Below are positions 19,592 to 30,031 of a stretch of DNA of 64,000 bases, piece by piece. Under the pieces are notes generated by a model. The model did no database searches, was not told where the DNA came from, and was given only the letters and a program-made list of their open reading frames with translations. How positions within the stretch are numbered: the stretch's first letter is position 1; every line of letters begins with the position of its first letter. The position numbers and the translations under genes are program-made. This DNA is from Acidobacteriota bacterium (GTDB taxonomy: Bacteria; Acidobacteriota; UBA890; WLXD01): contig CBDFKD010000002.1 of NCBI GenBank assembly GCA_965248695.1, positions 1,184,001-1,248,000 on the forward strand, read 5' to 3'.

Positions 19592-21300
19592 CAACCGACT
19601 CGGCGGCGGCAGGTCGCGCTGCAACACCTCCGGGACGCTGCCCCCCCGTACCCTGTCGGCGGCGACACCGTCGCCGGCTGTCGATACGGCGCACGTTGCC
19701 GCTCGCCCTGGGGTTTCTGCTCGTGGCTCCCGCTGCGTCCCCGGCGCCGAGTCCCCCCGGAGACTTGAGCTTCGTTCGCCTGACGGAATCGCAGTACCGT
19801 CGGGCCATCCACGACATCTTCGGCGAGAGCATCCGTGTCGACGACAGTGCCGTCGACCGGGGCGCCCGTGAACGCGGGCTGCTGGCGATCGGAGATCGGA
19901 AGCTGACGCTAAGCGCCGCCGAGCTCGAGCGTGCCGAGACGCTGGCGCAACGAATTGCCGAGCAAGTGACCGATCCGCGGCGCCGGGCCACCCTGATTCC
20001 CTGCACGCCGCAAGACGTCGGTCGGCCGGATGAGGCCTGCGCCACCCGGTTCGTCACCGGGGTGGGGCTGTTCCTGTTCCGCCGTCCGCTCGACGACGCC
20101 GAGGTCGGCGCCTACGTTGCCATGGCGAACGCCGCGACGCGCACCCTCGACGACTTCTATACCGGCCTGCGTGCGTCGCTGGCCGGGATGCTCGTCGCCC
20201 CCGACTTTCTGTTTCGCCTCGAGCGCTCCGAGCCCGACCCCGACCGATCTGGAAGCATGCGTTTGGACGCCTACTCGCGGGCCGCGCGCCTCAGCTTCTT
20301 TCTGTGGGACAGCGCACCGGACGGGGAGCTGATCGAGGCGGCGCGATCCGGCGAGCTGTTCACGCCGGAGGGATTGAGCCGACAGGTCGAGCGGCTGCTC
20401 AACTCGCCGCGCCTGGAGCATGGCCTGCGCGCGTTCTTCTCCGACATGCTGGGGTTCGACGAGTTCGCGACGTTGACCGTCGACTCGAGCCTCTATCCCA
20501 AGTTCACCAAGAACGTCGAGGACGACGCCCGAGAGCAGACCTTGCGGACGATCGTCGACCAGCTGCTGCGCAAGAACCGCGACTACAGGGAGCTGCTCGT
20601 TACCCGCGAGACCTTCCTGACGCCCTCGCTCGCCGCCATCTACGGTGTGCCGCTGGTGCGATCGCAGGAGATGGGTGGGGCTGTTCCGTGGGTTCCCTAC
20701 CGCTTTTCCGATGACGATCCACGGGCCGGCTTGCTGACCCACGTGAGCTTCCTGTCCCTGCACTCCCATCCCGGTACCTCGTCGCCGACGCTACGGGGCC
20801 AGGCGGTGCGCGAGAACCTCCTGTGCCAGATCGTGCCGCCGCCGCCCGGCGACGTCGATTTCAGCTTCGTCCAGGACACCAACAACCCCGACTTCAAGAC
20901 CGTGCGCCAACGCTTGTCGGTGCATCGCGAGAATCCGACCTGTGCCGGCTGCCACAGCCTTACCGATCCGATCGGCCTCAGCCTCGAGGTGTTCGACACC
21001 TCCGGCGTCTACCGGACAACCGAGAACGGAGCGCCGATTGACCCGAGCGGCGAGCTCAACGGAACGCCGTACGAGGAGATCACCGGTCTCGTGGAGATTC
21101 TCCGGCAAGAGCCGGCCGTAACTTCCTGTCTGATCAACCGGGCCTTTTCCTACGGCGCTGCCAGAGGACCGACCCGAGATGAGCGTGCCTGGCTTGACGA
21201 GCTGGCGTCGGAGCTGCGACGCGACGGCGTGAGGTGGCGCGACCTCATGCAGCGAATCACGCAGCAGCCCGACTTCTACACGCTCGGCACCGACGCCTGA
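19588..21300 (+). CDS. DUF1592/DUF1588-type protein with one c-type heme motif
   Basis: RLTESQY, ARLSFFLWDSAPD, SPTLRG...ENLLC, CAGCH, DPIGLSLEVFD. Confidence 0.88.
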   Translation: MTTDSAAAGRAATPPGRCPPVPCRRRHRRRLSIRRTLPLALGFLLVAPAASPAPSPPGDLSFVRLTESQYRRAIHDIFGESIRVDDSAVDRGARERGLLAIGDRKLTLSAAELERAETLAQRIAEQVTDPRRRATLIPCTPQDVGRPDEACATRFVTGVGLFLFRRPLDDAEVGAYVAMANAATRTLDDFYTGLRASLAGMLVAPDFLFRLERSEPDPDRSGSMRLDAYSRAARLSFFLWDSAPDGELIEAARSGELFTPEGLSRQVERLLNSPRLEHGLRAFFSDMLGFDEFATLTVDSSLYPKFTKNVEDDAREQTLRTIVDQLLRKNRDYRELLVTRETFLTPSLAAIYGVPLVRSQEMGGAVPWVPYRFSDDDPRAGLLTHVSFLSLHSHPGTSSPTLRGQAVRENLLCQIVPPPPGDVDFSFVQDTNNPDFKTVRQRLSVHRENPTCAGCHSLTDPIGLSLEVFDTSGVYRTTENGAPIDPSGELNGTPYEEITGLVEILRQEPAVTSCLINRAFSYGAARGPTRDERAWLDELASELRRDGVRWRDLMQRITQQPDFYTLGTDA

Positions 21301-21311
21301 GGAGACCAAAC

Positions 21312-22658
21312 ATGAGCGAATTCGACAAGATCAGCCGGCGCACCGTGCTGCGGGGCGTTCTGGGCGGGGGAGCCTCCGTTGCGGTCGGGCTGCCGGTGCT
21401 CGAGTGCGTTCTGAACACCAACGGCACCGCCTATGCCGCCACCGGCGCTTCGTTGCCACCGTGCTTCGGGACGTGGTTCTGGGGTCTCGGGCTGTCCCCC
21501 GGACACTGGGAGCCGACGACCACGGGGGCCGATTACATCCTGCCGGATCACCTCGCTTCGCTGGCGCCCATCAAAGAGAAGATGAACCTGTTCAGCGGCA
21601 TGCAGGTGTTCCTCGACGGCAAGGCCAATCAGAACCACTATTCCGGCGCCCAGTGCCAGGCCACCGGCATGGTCTCCAGGAACGGCAGCGACTACACCAC
21701 GAGCATCGACCACGTCATCGGCGAGACGATTGGCAAGGGCACACGGTTCCGTTCGATCGAGATGGCCTGCGACGGCGACGGCCAGGCCGGCTGGAGCGCC
21801 CGCGGCTCCAATGGGATGAATCCCTCCGAGATCTCGCCCCTACAGCTGTACGCACGTATCTTCGGCGATGGGTTCGTTGATCCCGGGGTTGCCGATTTCA
21901 AGCCCGATCCGGCCGTGATGGTGCGTCGAAGCGTGCTTTCTGCCGTTTCCGACCAGCGCAAGAGCCTGATGGCCACGGTTTCCGCGTCGGACCGGGCGCG
22001 ACTGGACGAGTACTTCACGTCGCTGCGCGATCTCGAGCAGAAGCTGGCCTTCGAGCTCGAGCGACCCGAGCCGCTGCCCGCCTGCGCGGTCCCGGGGGAA
22101 GCCACCACCGACGACATCGGCCCGCTCCTCGGCCAGGTCGGGCAAACGCACCGACACTTCGCGCAGCTGGCCGCGCACGCTCTGGCCTGCGGCCAGACGC
22201 GAGTCTTTAATCTGACGCTGGGCAACGCGTTCTCCAGGCTCCGCATCCCCGGGGAACCAAGTGGCTACCACTCGCTGACGCACGAGGAGCCCATCGATAC
22301 CGAACGCGGCTATCAGCCCAAGTGCAAGTGGCTCGCGGAACAGTGCATGGCCTTCTTCGCCGAGCTGGTGCAGACGTTGGACTCGATCCAGGAAGGCGAC
22401 GGCACGCTGCTGGACCGGACCGTGGTGTTCGCGTTCACCGACCACGGCGAGGCGCGGATGCACTCGATGAAGCGCTTCCCGATTCTGACCGCTGGCAGCG
22501 GCGGCGGCAGGATGAGGACCGGGCTGCACGTGGCGGCCGAGGGCGACGCTGCCACACGCGTCGGCTACACGCTGCAGAATGCGTTCGGTGTGGTGAGTGG
22601 GGCCTGGGGGACCGAGTCCAACGAGGTGTTGCAGCCCTTCAGCGAGGTGCTGGCATGA
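21312..22658 (+). CDS. DUF1552 domain protein
   Basis: Tat-like SRRTVLRG, DRARLDEYFTSLRDLEQ, YHSLTH, GTLLDRT. Confidence 0.88.
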   Translation: MSEFDKISRRTVLRGVLGGGASVAVGLPVLECVLNTNGTAYAATGASLPPCFGTWFWGLGLSPGHWEPTTTGADYILPDHLASLAPIKEKMNLFSGMQVFLDGKANQNHYSGAQCQATGMVSRNGSDYTTSIDHVIGETIGKGTRFRSIEMACDGDGQAGWSARGSNGMNPSEISPLQLYARIFGDGFVDPGVADFKPDPAVMVRRSVLSAVSDQRKSLMATVSASDRARLDEYFTSLRDLEQKLAFELERPEPLPACAVPGEATTDDIGPLLGQVGQTHRHFAQLAAHALACGQTRVFNLTLGNAFSRLRIPGEPSGYHSLTHEEPIDTERGYQPKCKWLAEQCMAFFAELVQTLDSIQEGDGTLLDRTVVFAFTDHGEARMHSMKRFPILTAGSGGGRMRTGLHVAAEGDAATRVGYTLQNAFGVVSGAWGTESNEVLQPFSEVLA

Positions 22659-24040
22659 GGCAGGGGGGTACCGGGACGCGGAGTCGTTCGTCCCGGTCGG
22701 GGCGCCACGCGGCCGTGCCGCTGGTTGCGGCTGCGGCCGTCGCCTCGCTTGCTATCGGCCCACTACCGCCGCCGGGCCCGGACATCGTGGTGCCTCCGAC
22801 CGTGCCGCCCGGCATCACGCTCGTGGAGGTGAGGCGCGACTTGATCGGATCTTCGGACGAGCTGCTGTGGACGCGGCTCGGCGACGCCGAGGGGCGGACC
22901 CTGCTGTTCGGGGACGCGGATCCGCCCGGTGTCGCGACCTGTGTGGACGACTGTGCCTCGCAGTTTCCGCCGCTGCTGGCGCCTGACGGTACGGAGGCGT
23001 TCGGGCACTGGTCGCTGGTGCGGCGGCCCGACGCGGGGATGCAATGGGCGTATCAGTCGCGCCCGCTCTACACCTGGTCCGCGGAGCAGGAGCCGGGAGA
23101 GGTCGCGACCAACGTAGGGCTCGCCGAAACGACCGGCTCGAAGGTGTCGGAGGGCCTGATTCCGGCCGGCACATTGATGCCGCCAGAGGGATGGCACGTG
23201 GCCCGGTTCGACCCAGCCGTGTCGACGCCCGTGCCCGATGGCATCGAGGTGAGGTTGGTTGCCTCGGCCCACGCAGTCATCTTGACCGATTTCAATGGCC
23301 GTACGCTCTATGCCTTCGACGGCGATGCCACCGACGATGGTCAGACCTGCTCCGATCACGGCTGCGACATTCGCTGGTCTCCTGTGGCCGCGGCGCAGCT
23401 CGCCATGGAGGTCGGCTACTTCTCCGTCGTCACCCGGACCGATGGGTCTCGGCAGTGGGCCTACCGGCAACAGCCTTTGTATCGGTACGCCGGCGACCTG
23501 CTTCCGGGAGATGTCCATGGCGATGACGCCGATCCCCGTTGGCGAGTGGCGGTATTGACGCGGAACTTCCGGCCACCGCAGGTGGCGGTCACCTCGCTGG
23601 AGGGCTACGGCGACGTTCTCTCGATAGACGGTATGAGCCTCTACATGGGTACGGCCTTCGAGAAGTACTGGGGGGGACGAAGCATGCGCGACAGCTTCAG
23701 GGTCCTTTACTCCAGGGGGAAGCGATTGGGCGGCGGCGCCTGCGTGGGCGACGAATGCCTCGAGACCTGGCGTCCGTTCCCTGCCCCTGCGGACGCGGAA
23801 TCGAACGGGTTCTGGGAGGTGATCACCCGTCGCGACGGAAGCCGACAGTGGGCGTACAAGGGATTCGCCCTGTATACGTTTTCCGGCGATGAGGCCCCCG
23901 GGCAGCACCGGGGGCAGGCGACATATTCTTTCGTCGAGCTCGACGAGTCGCCCGCCAACCTCGAGCGAGCCACTTGGTTGGCTTTCGTGGGCAGCGCCGG
24001 GGGAGGAGCGGGGGTGTACTGGAACATTGCCAAGCCGTAG
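22655..24040 (+). CDS. COG4315-like secreted repeat protein (three tandem modules)
   Basis: Three C...C..(W/F)P units each followed by R-x-D-G-xx-QWAY..PLY. Confidence 0.8.
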   Translation: MRQGGTGTRSRSSRSGRHAAVPLVAAAAVASLAIGPLPPPGPDIVVPPTVPPGITLVEVRRDLIGSSDELLWTRLGDAEGRTLLFGDADPPGVATCVDDCASQFPPLLAPDGTEAFGHWSLVRRPDAGMQWAYQSRPLYTWSAEQEPGEVATNVGLAETTGSKVSEGLIPAGTLMPPEGWHVARFDPAVSTPVPDGIEVRLVASAHAVILTDFNGRTLYAFDGDATDDGQTCSDHGCDIRWSPVAAAQLAMEVGYFSVVTRTDGSRQWAYRQQPLYRYAGDLLPGDVHGDDADPRWRVAVLTRNFRPPQVAVTSLEGYGDVLSIDGMSLYMGTAFEKYWGGRSMRDSFRVLYSRGKRLGGGACVGDECLETWRPFPAPADAESNGFWEVITRRDGSRQWAYKGFALYTFSGDEAPGQHRGQATYSFVELDESPANLERATWLAFVGSAGGGAGVYWNIAKP

Positions 24041-24137
24041 TCCGGAGTGTTTTCCATCGCGACCGCCGCGCAGCGAACTTGCTGTGCCGGCGGGCGGTTC
24101 GATGCAGCCTCGAGAGGGGCCTTGCAAGAGAGGCAAG

Positions 24138-24506
24138 ATGCGACGTTTTTCGGCGTACCTGGTTACTGTAGCTGTCCTCACCATCGCCACACCGGCTCTC
24201 GGGAGCGAAGTAACGGTTACCGGTGAGCTGGTGGACCACATCTGCTTCACCCGGAGCGGGCACGACGGCGGCGCGGGCCCCGACCACGCTGCCTGCGCCA
24301 AGTCGTGCGCCGGCAACGGGCAGCCAGTAGCGCTGGTGACCGACAGCGGCGATATCTACAGGCTGGCGGGCACGGTCGCCGCCGACAACAACGCCGCCCT
24401 GGTGCCGCACATGAGCCACACGGTCGAGGTAACCGGTGAGCTCGGCGAAGTGGACGGCATTCCGACAATCACGGCCGACGCGGTCACGCACATCTCCGCC
24501 AGCTGA
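24138..24506 (+). CDS. Small secreted Cys/His protein (possible metal-binding OB-fold)
   Basis: Signal peptide; VTGELVDHIC, HAACAKSC, VEVTGEL. Confidence 0.75.
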   Translation: MRRFSAYLVTVAVLTIATPALGSEVTVTGELVDHICFTRSGHDGGAGPDHAACAKSCAGNGQPVALVTDSGDIYRLAGTVAADNNAALVPHMSHTVEVTGELGEVDGIPTITADAVTHISAS

Positions 24507-24510
24507 GCCC

Positions 24511-24957
24511 ATGAGTCTCAAGACGTTCGTGCTCGCGGCAGCTCTGACGCTGGCCGTTGCGTCGCCGGTGTCGGCGCAGATCATGGAGATGAACGGGACC
24601 TGGGAGATGATTCCCGACAAGTGCCTCGGCTCCTGGCCCGACCAGGAGACGCTGGTGTTCAACAGCATCGAGGGCATCCAGCGCTACACCGCGACGTGGA
24701 TCGACAACGGCGCGAGCGGAGGCCGCGAGTACGAGATTCCGTACGACGGGCACGACCACGCGGCCAGCAGCGCCCTGGCCGACACCGTCTCGGTCCGTCG
24801 TCTCGGCGAAAAGTCCGAGTTCGTGGTGAACAAGCGCGACGGGCAGATCACCGAGAACTACACGCGCGTGCTGGTCGACGACGACCGCACTCTGATCTCG
24901 GTCGGTCGCAGTGAGACCGGGGAAGTTCGTTGGGTACGGGTCTTCGAAAAACAGTGA
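24511..24957 (+). CDS. Secreted lipocalin-like beta-barrel hypothetical protein
   Basis: Signal peptide; GTW motif near N-terminus; beta-strand pattern ending VFEKQ. Confidence 0.7.
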   Translation: MSLKTFVLAAALTLAVASPVSAQIMEMNGTWEMIPDKCLGSWPDQETLVFNSIEGIQRYTATWIDNGASGGREYEIPYDGHDHAASSALADTVSVRRLGEKSEFVVNKRDGQITENYTRVLVDDDRTLISVGRSETGEVRWVRVFEKQ

Positions 24958-25091
24958 GTCGGTCGGGCCGCATCGCGATAACTCGCCGACGAGCTGCATT
25001 CCTGTAACCAAACCACCTGTCGGAGCGACTAGTGTGTCGTGGAAGCTGCGAGCGTCGCAGCCTTCACGGACTCGCATTCTCTGGAGGAGAG

Positions 25092-25550
25092 ATGGCCCGT
25101 CTCACTCTGAACGTGAACGGTCGTGACCACACCATCGAAGCGCCCCCGGACATGCCGTTGTTGTGGGCGATCCGCGACCTCATCGGGCTGACCGGCACCA
25201 AGTACGGCTGCGGCATGGCGCTCTGCGGCGCCTGCAAGATCCACATCGACGGTACGCCTACGTATTCGTGCCAGACACCGGTTTCTTCGGTCGGCGACCG
25301 CAAGGTGACCACCATCGAGGGACTGTCATCGGATGAGCTTCATCCGGTCCAGCAGGCATGGGTCGCCGAGGACGTCCCGCAATGCGGCTACTGCCAATCT
25401 GGGCAAATCATGACCGCCGTGGCGCTGCTCGACGAGCACCCCGATCCGACCGACGAGCAAATCGACGCGGCGATGGCGGGCAACATCTGCCGTTGCGGAA
25501 CCTACGACCGGATCCGTCGGGCCATTCACCGGGCCGCCCGGGAGGCTTGA
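25092..25550 (+). CDS. (2Fe-2S) subunit of molybdenum hydroxylase (IorA/CoxS-like)
   Basis: [26 protein letters not shown]; GGAGG RBS. Confidence 0.95.
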   Translation: MARLTLNVNGRDHTIEAPPDMPLLWAIRDLIGLTGTKYGCGMALCGACKIHIDGTPTYSCQTPVSSVGDRKVTTIEGLSSDELHPVQQAWVAEDVPQCGYCQSGQIMTAVALLDEHPDPTDEQIDAAMAGNICRCGTYDRIRRAIHRAAREA

Positions 25551-25553
25551 GCG

Positions 25554-27653
25554 ATGCACGAATACGTGAAGCTCGATCGGCGTGAGTTCCTGAGGCTCGG
25601 AGGCACGGTTGGCGGTGGTCTCGTTCTGGGGCTCTACGTCAGTGACGGAGACTGGGCGGAGGCCAACGGTCCCTTCCAACCGAATGCCTTCGTGCAGATC
25701 GATCCGACCGACGGCATCTCGATCTGGGTCGCCAAGGCCGAAATGGGACAAGGTGTCCGCACCGCGCTGCCGATGATCGTGGCCGATGAGCTGGACGCCG
25801 ACCTGGACTCGGTCCGGATCGTCCAGGCGAACGCCCACCCCGAAAAGTATGGGTCTCAGATGACCGTGGGCAGCAGAAGCATCCGCGGCAACGGCTTTAC
25901 CTCGCTTCGAAGAGCCGGTGCCGCCGCCCGGGAGATGCTCGTCGTCGCCGCCGCGACACGCTGGGGTGTCGCAGCCACGACCTGTCGCACCCGTGCCGGT
26001 CGCATCCTCCACGAGGAAACCGGGAGGAGCCTCGACTACACCGATGTGGCGGAGGCGGCTGCGGAGTTGCCGGTGCCCGAGAGCCCGAGGCTCAAGGATC
26101 CGTCCGAGTTCCGGTACATAGGGAAGCCGATGGCGCAGTTGGATACGCCGCTTCGAGTCACCGGCGCGGCGACCTTCGGCACGGACGTCCGTGTCCCGGG
26201 TATGAGGTACGCGACCGTTGTGCATCCGCCGGTGTTCGGGGGCAGCGTCGCGAGCTTCGACGCGACCCGGGCGCTCGAGGTAACGGATGTCCGCAAGGTG
26301 TTCGAGGTCTCGCGCGGTATTGCCGTGGTCGCTGACAACACCTGGGCCGCCTTCTCCGGTGCTGCCGCTCTGGAGGTGACCTGGGACGACGGCGATTTCT
26401 CGATGGACAGCGCCGACATCAGAGCCAGCTTCGCTGCCCTCGCGGAAACAGACGGAGGTGTGGCACGGGACGACGGCGACGCAGGTAGGGCTCTGGAGCG
26501 CGCCGCGATGCGACTGGAGGCCACCTACGAAGTGCCCTACCTGGCGCACGCCACCATGGAGCCGATGAACTGCACGGCCCACGTGCGCGAGAGCCATTGC
26601 GAGGTCTGGGCGCCGACCCAGAGCCCGCAGGGAACGCAGAGCACTGCAGCGGAGATCACCGGCTTGTCGGTGGAAGACGTCACGGTGCACGTAACGTTCA
26701 TGGGATGTGGCCTCGGCCGTCGGGCGCGCACGGACTTCGTCGAGGACGCCGTCGAGACCTCGATGAAGCTCGGAGAACCGGTACAGGTGGTCTGGAGCCG
26801 GGAAGAAGACATGCAGCACGACTTCTACCGTCCGGCCACCTACAACCGCCTCGAGGGTGGCCTCGATGACGACGGAGTCCTGCAGGGACTGAAGATCCGA
26901 GTCGTCGCGCCGCCGCTCTTTCGCGGCAGAGGCGAGGTCGACCGTTCTTCGCTAAGCGGCATCCTCTCGATGCCCTACTCCGTCCCGAACTGCTTCGTGG
27001 ACAACTGCCAATCGGATGTGCCCGTGGTCGTCGGCCACTGGCGTTCCGTCGGTCCGTCTCAGAACGTCTTCATCCTCGAGAGCTTCATCGACGAGCTTGC
27101 CCACGCGGCCGGTGCCGATCCGATCGAGTTCAGGTTGCGGATGCTCGGAGAGCACCCGAGGCTGCGTCATGTGCTCCAGGTCGCAGCTGACAAGGCCGGT
27201 TGGAATGCACCGGCACCGCCAGGCCGCGCGCTGGGCGTGGCGATCGTTGTGGAGAAGGGTGGCTATGTTGCCCAGATCGCCGAGGTCTCGGTCGACAACG
27301 GCCGCCCTCGGATCCATCGGGTTACCTGCGCTTTCGACTGCGGACTGATCGTGAATCCAGCAACCGTCGAGGCACAGGTGACCGGAAGCGTCGTGACGGG
27401 CCTGTCCGCGGCGCTTGACGGTGCGATCACCATCGAGGGCGGTCGGGTTGTCCAGAGCAACTTCCACGACTACCAGCTGATGCGCATCGACGAGATGCCG
27501 CAGGTCGACGTCCACCTGGTAGACAGCGCCGAAGATCCCGGCGGCGCTGGTGAGGCCGCGGTCCCGCCCATAGCTCCCGCCGTGACCAACGCGCTTTTCA
27601 CGCTGACCGGTAAGCGAATTCGATCGCTCCCGCTCTCCGAGCACCAGTTGTAG
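25554..27653 (+). CDS. Molybdopterin-binding subunit, xanthine dehydrogenase family (IorB-like), Tat-exported
   Basis: DRREFL Tat motif, [32 protein letters not shown]. Confidence 0.93.
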   Translation: MHEYVKLDRREFLRLGGTVGGGLVLGLYVSDGDWAEANGPFQPNAFVQIDPTDGISIWVAKAEMGQGVRTALPMIVADELDADLDSVRIVQANAHPEKYGSQMTVGSRSIRGNGFTSLRRAGAAAREMLVVAAATRWGVAATTCRTRAGRILHEETGRSLDYTDVAEAAAELPVPESPRLKDPSEFRYIGKPMAQLDTPLRVTGAATFGTDVRVPGMRYATVVHPPVFGGSVASFDATRALEVTDVRKVFEVSRGIAVVADNTWAAFSGAAALEVTWDDGDFSMDSADIRASFAALAETDGGVARDDGDAGRALERAAMRLEATYEVPYLAHATMEPMNCTAHVRESHCEVWAPTQSPQGTQSTAAEITGLSVEDVTVHVTFMGCGLGRRARTDFVEDAVETSMKLGEPVQVVWSREEDMQHDFYRPATYNRLEGGLDDDGVLQGLKIRVVAPPLFRGRGEVDRSSLSGILSMPYSVPNCFVDNCQSDVPVVVGHWRSVGPSQNVFILESFIDELAHAAGADPIEFRLRMLGEHPRLRHVLQVAADKAGWNAPAPPGRALGVAIVVEKGGYVAQIAEVSVDNGRPRIHRVTCAFDCGLIVNPATVEAQVTGSVVTGLSAALDGAITIEGGRVVQSNFHDYQLMRIDEMPQVDVHLVDSAEDPGGAGEAAVPPIAPAVTNALFTLTGKRIRSLPLSEHQL

Positions 27654-27811
27654 CGGTATCGAAGTTCGGTTCGCAGGTCTGTCCGGCGACCCAGCTAAAA
27701 TGCCGCACCTGATCAGCGATCTGGCTGTGACGATAGAACCAGGCGGAGACTCGCATGATAAGACTGGCGACCGCGATGGTCGGTGTGCAGGTGATCGTGC
27801 CGGCCATGGAG

Positions 27812-29215
27812 GAGATATAACCGGAAGTTGTGGATGGGAGGAAAAAGAAAGGCGGCGTAACCTTCGCTGGGATCATCAACAACCAGCAGCCGGCTGTGGA
27901 GGCCGGGAAGGAGACGCCACTCGTGCTCAAGATTATCGGTGGATCGGACGCGGAGGAAGGACAGCTGACACTGGACGTCGATGAGCTCGCCCGGCAGGGC
28001 GCGCTGCAGATGCTGGCAACAGCACTGGAGTGGGAGGTTCAGGAGTATATCCAGAGCCACGCCGGGCAACTGGATGAAGCCGGCCGTCGGCAAGTGGTAC
28101 GCAACGGTCGGGCTCGCGCACGCAAGATCACGTTGGGGTGCGGGACGGTGCAAGTAGCCGCGCCACGGGTCAACGACAAGCGGCTCGACGAGCAGGGACT
28201 GAGGCAGCGGTTCAGCAGTCGGATCCTGCCGCCCTACATGCGGCGCTCGCCGAAGGTGGCGGAGGTGCTGCCGGTGCTGTACCTGCGGGGCCTGTCGACG
28301 GGCGACTTCAAGGAGGCGCTGCCGATCTTACTGGGACAGGAAGCCAGCGGGCTGTCGGCATCGGCGATCTGCCGGCTGACGAACGCCTGGAGCACGGAGT
28401 ACGAGGCATTCCGGAAGCTGGATCTGTCCACCAAGCAGTACGTATACGTGTGGGCGGACGGTGTGCACTTCAACATTCGACTCGAGGATGATCGGCTGTG
28501 CACGCTGGTGATCCTGGGCGTTTTGCCGGACGGAACCAAGGAGCTCATCGCGGTCGAGGACGGGTATCGAGAGAGCACCGAGAGCTGGGCGTTCGTGCTC
28601 CGGGAGCTGAAGCGTCGAGGCATGCGGGCGCCGCTCGTGGCAGTGGGTGATGGGGCGCTGGGGTTCTGGGCGGCGGTGCGGGATGTATGGCCCCAGACTC
28701 GAGAGCAACGATGCTGGGTGCATCGGCTTGGCAACGTGCTCGACAAGCTACCGAGGCGGCTGCAGGCCAAAGCCAAGCGCGCGCTGCACGAGATCATCGG
28801 TGCGCCAACGCGCGAGGATGCTCAGGAGGGCATGGCGCGGTTCGCAGCCGACTACGGCGCCAAGTACTCCAAGGCCGTGGCGTCGTTGCAACGCGACTCC
28901 GACAAGCTGCTGACGTTCTACGACTTCCCCGCCGACCACTGGGTTCATCTGCGCACGGCCAACCCGATCGAGTCGGCGTTCGCCACCGTACGCCTGAGAC
29001 AACGCGTCACCAAGGGCGCCGGCTCACGCACCAAGGCGCTGACGATGGCATTCAAGCTCCTGGAGATGGCACAGCAACGATGGCGCCGCATCAACGCTCC
29101 TCACCTCACTGCCCTCGTACTCGAGGGCGCCACATTCGTCGATGGAGTTCACCTGATCGCTAGCGAAGACGCCGCCTGAACAAATCCACCGATCCACAAC
29201 ATTTGCAAATAACTC
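27812..29215 (+). mobile_element. Complete IS256-family element with 9-bp target duplication GCCATGGAG
   Basis: Imperfect IRs GAGATATAACCGGAAGTTGTGGAT / ATCCACAACATTTGCAAATAACTC; TSD at 27803-27811 and 29216-29224. Confidence 0.93.
27830..29179 (+). CDS. IS256-family transposase (true start may be downstream)
   Basis: YVWADG, VGDGALG, QRCWVH, RTANPIES motifs. Confidence 0.95.
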   Translation: MDGRKKKGGVTFAGIINNQQPAVEAGKETPLVLKIIGGSDAEEGQLTLDVDELARQGALQMLATALEWEVQEYIQSHAGQLDEAGRRQVVRNGRARARKITLGCGTVQVAAPRVNDKRLDEQGLRQRFSSRILPPYMRRSPKVAEVLPVLYLRGLSTGDFKEALPILLGQEASGLSASAICRLTNAWSTEYEAFRKLDLSTKQYVYVWADGVHFNIRLEDDRLCTLVILGVLPDGTKELIAVEDGYRESTESWAFVLRELKRRGMRAPLVAVGDGALGFWAAVRDVWPQTREQRCWVHRLGNVLDKLPRRLQAKAKRALHEIIGAPTREDAQEGMARFAADYGAKYSKAVASLQRDSDKLLTFYDFPADHWVHLRTANPIESAFATVRLRQRVTKGAGSRTKALTMAFKLLEMAQQRWRRINAPHLTALVLEGATFVDGVHLIASEDAA

Positions 29216-29438
29216 GCCATGGAGCGCGTTCGAAGCTACGACCTCGAGAGCGGCAAGGTCGTCTGGGAGAGCGACGGTCTGACGATGAACGCCATCCCGT
29301 CCCCGGTCTACGACAACGGTCTCGTGTTCCTCATGAGTGGCTTCAGGGGCAACGACCTCATGACCTGCCCCCCAATAATCGGGCCAGTCTGAGAGTTTAG
29401 GATTTGAGGCTCTCAGGATGGCGCGGGAAGGGGGAAGA

Positions 29439-29717
29439 ATGGCGCGGAAGCGGTACACTGTAGAGCAGATCATCGCCAAGCTCAGGGAGGCAGAGATCGA
29501 GCTAGCGAAAGGGGCCAAGACACCGGAGGCATGCCGCAAGCTGGGAATCAGCGAGAACACGTACTACCGGTGGCGTAAGGAGTACGGCGGCCTGAGGGTG
29601 GATCAGGCGAGGCGACTCAAGGAGCTGGAGCGCGAGAACGGCCGGCTCAAGAAGCTGCTGGCGGAGACGATGCTCGACAACGCCATCCTCAAAGAGGTGT
29701 CGTCGGGAAACTTCTGA
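29439..29717 (+). CDS. IS3 element A OrfA
   Basis: HTH (ACRKLGISENTYYRWRKEY) plus leucine zipper; GGGAAAC slippery site at 29705. Confidence 0.9.
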   Translation: MARKRYTVEQIIAKLREAEIELAKGAKTPEACRKLGISENTYYRWRKEYGGLRVDQARRLKELERENGRLKKLLAETMLDNAILKEVSSGNF

Positions 29718-30031
29718 GCCCGACACGTCGACGTCGGGCGGTGCAGAAGGCGCAGCAATCGCTGGGTGTGTCTGAGAGGCGAGCCTGCAGAGTGCTGGGC
29801 CAGGTGCGCTCGACGCAGCAGTATCGAGCCAAGGTGCCGCAACAGGAGACGGCGCTGGTGGAGCGGATGACCCAGTTGGCGATGCAGTACGGGCGCTACG
29901 GATACCGGCGGATCACGGCTCTGATGGTGCGGGAAGGGTGGCGAGTGAATCACAAGAGGATCGAGCGGTTATGGCGTCGTGAGAGGCTGAAGGTACCGAG
30001 AAAGCAGCCCAAGCGCCGACGCTTGTGGCTC

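Larger units (their letters stand above)
27785..29360 (+). pseudogene. PQQ/BamB-like beta-propeller gene fragment interrupted by IS256 and cut by IS3
   Basis: Removing the IS and one TSD restores VQVIVPAME|RVRSYDLESGKVVWESDGLTMNAIPSPVYDNGLVFLMSGFRGNDL. Confidence 0.7.

Noticed and set aside
18290-26819. Long antisense ORFs (18290-19627, 22763-24316, 25326-26819)
   Set aside because: Shadow frames of high-GC genes with clear motifs on the opposite strand
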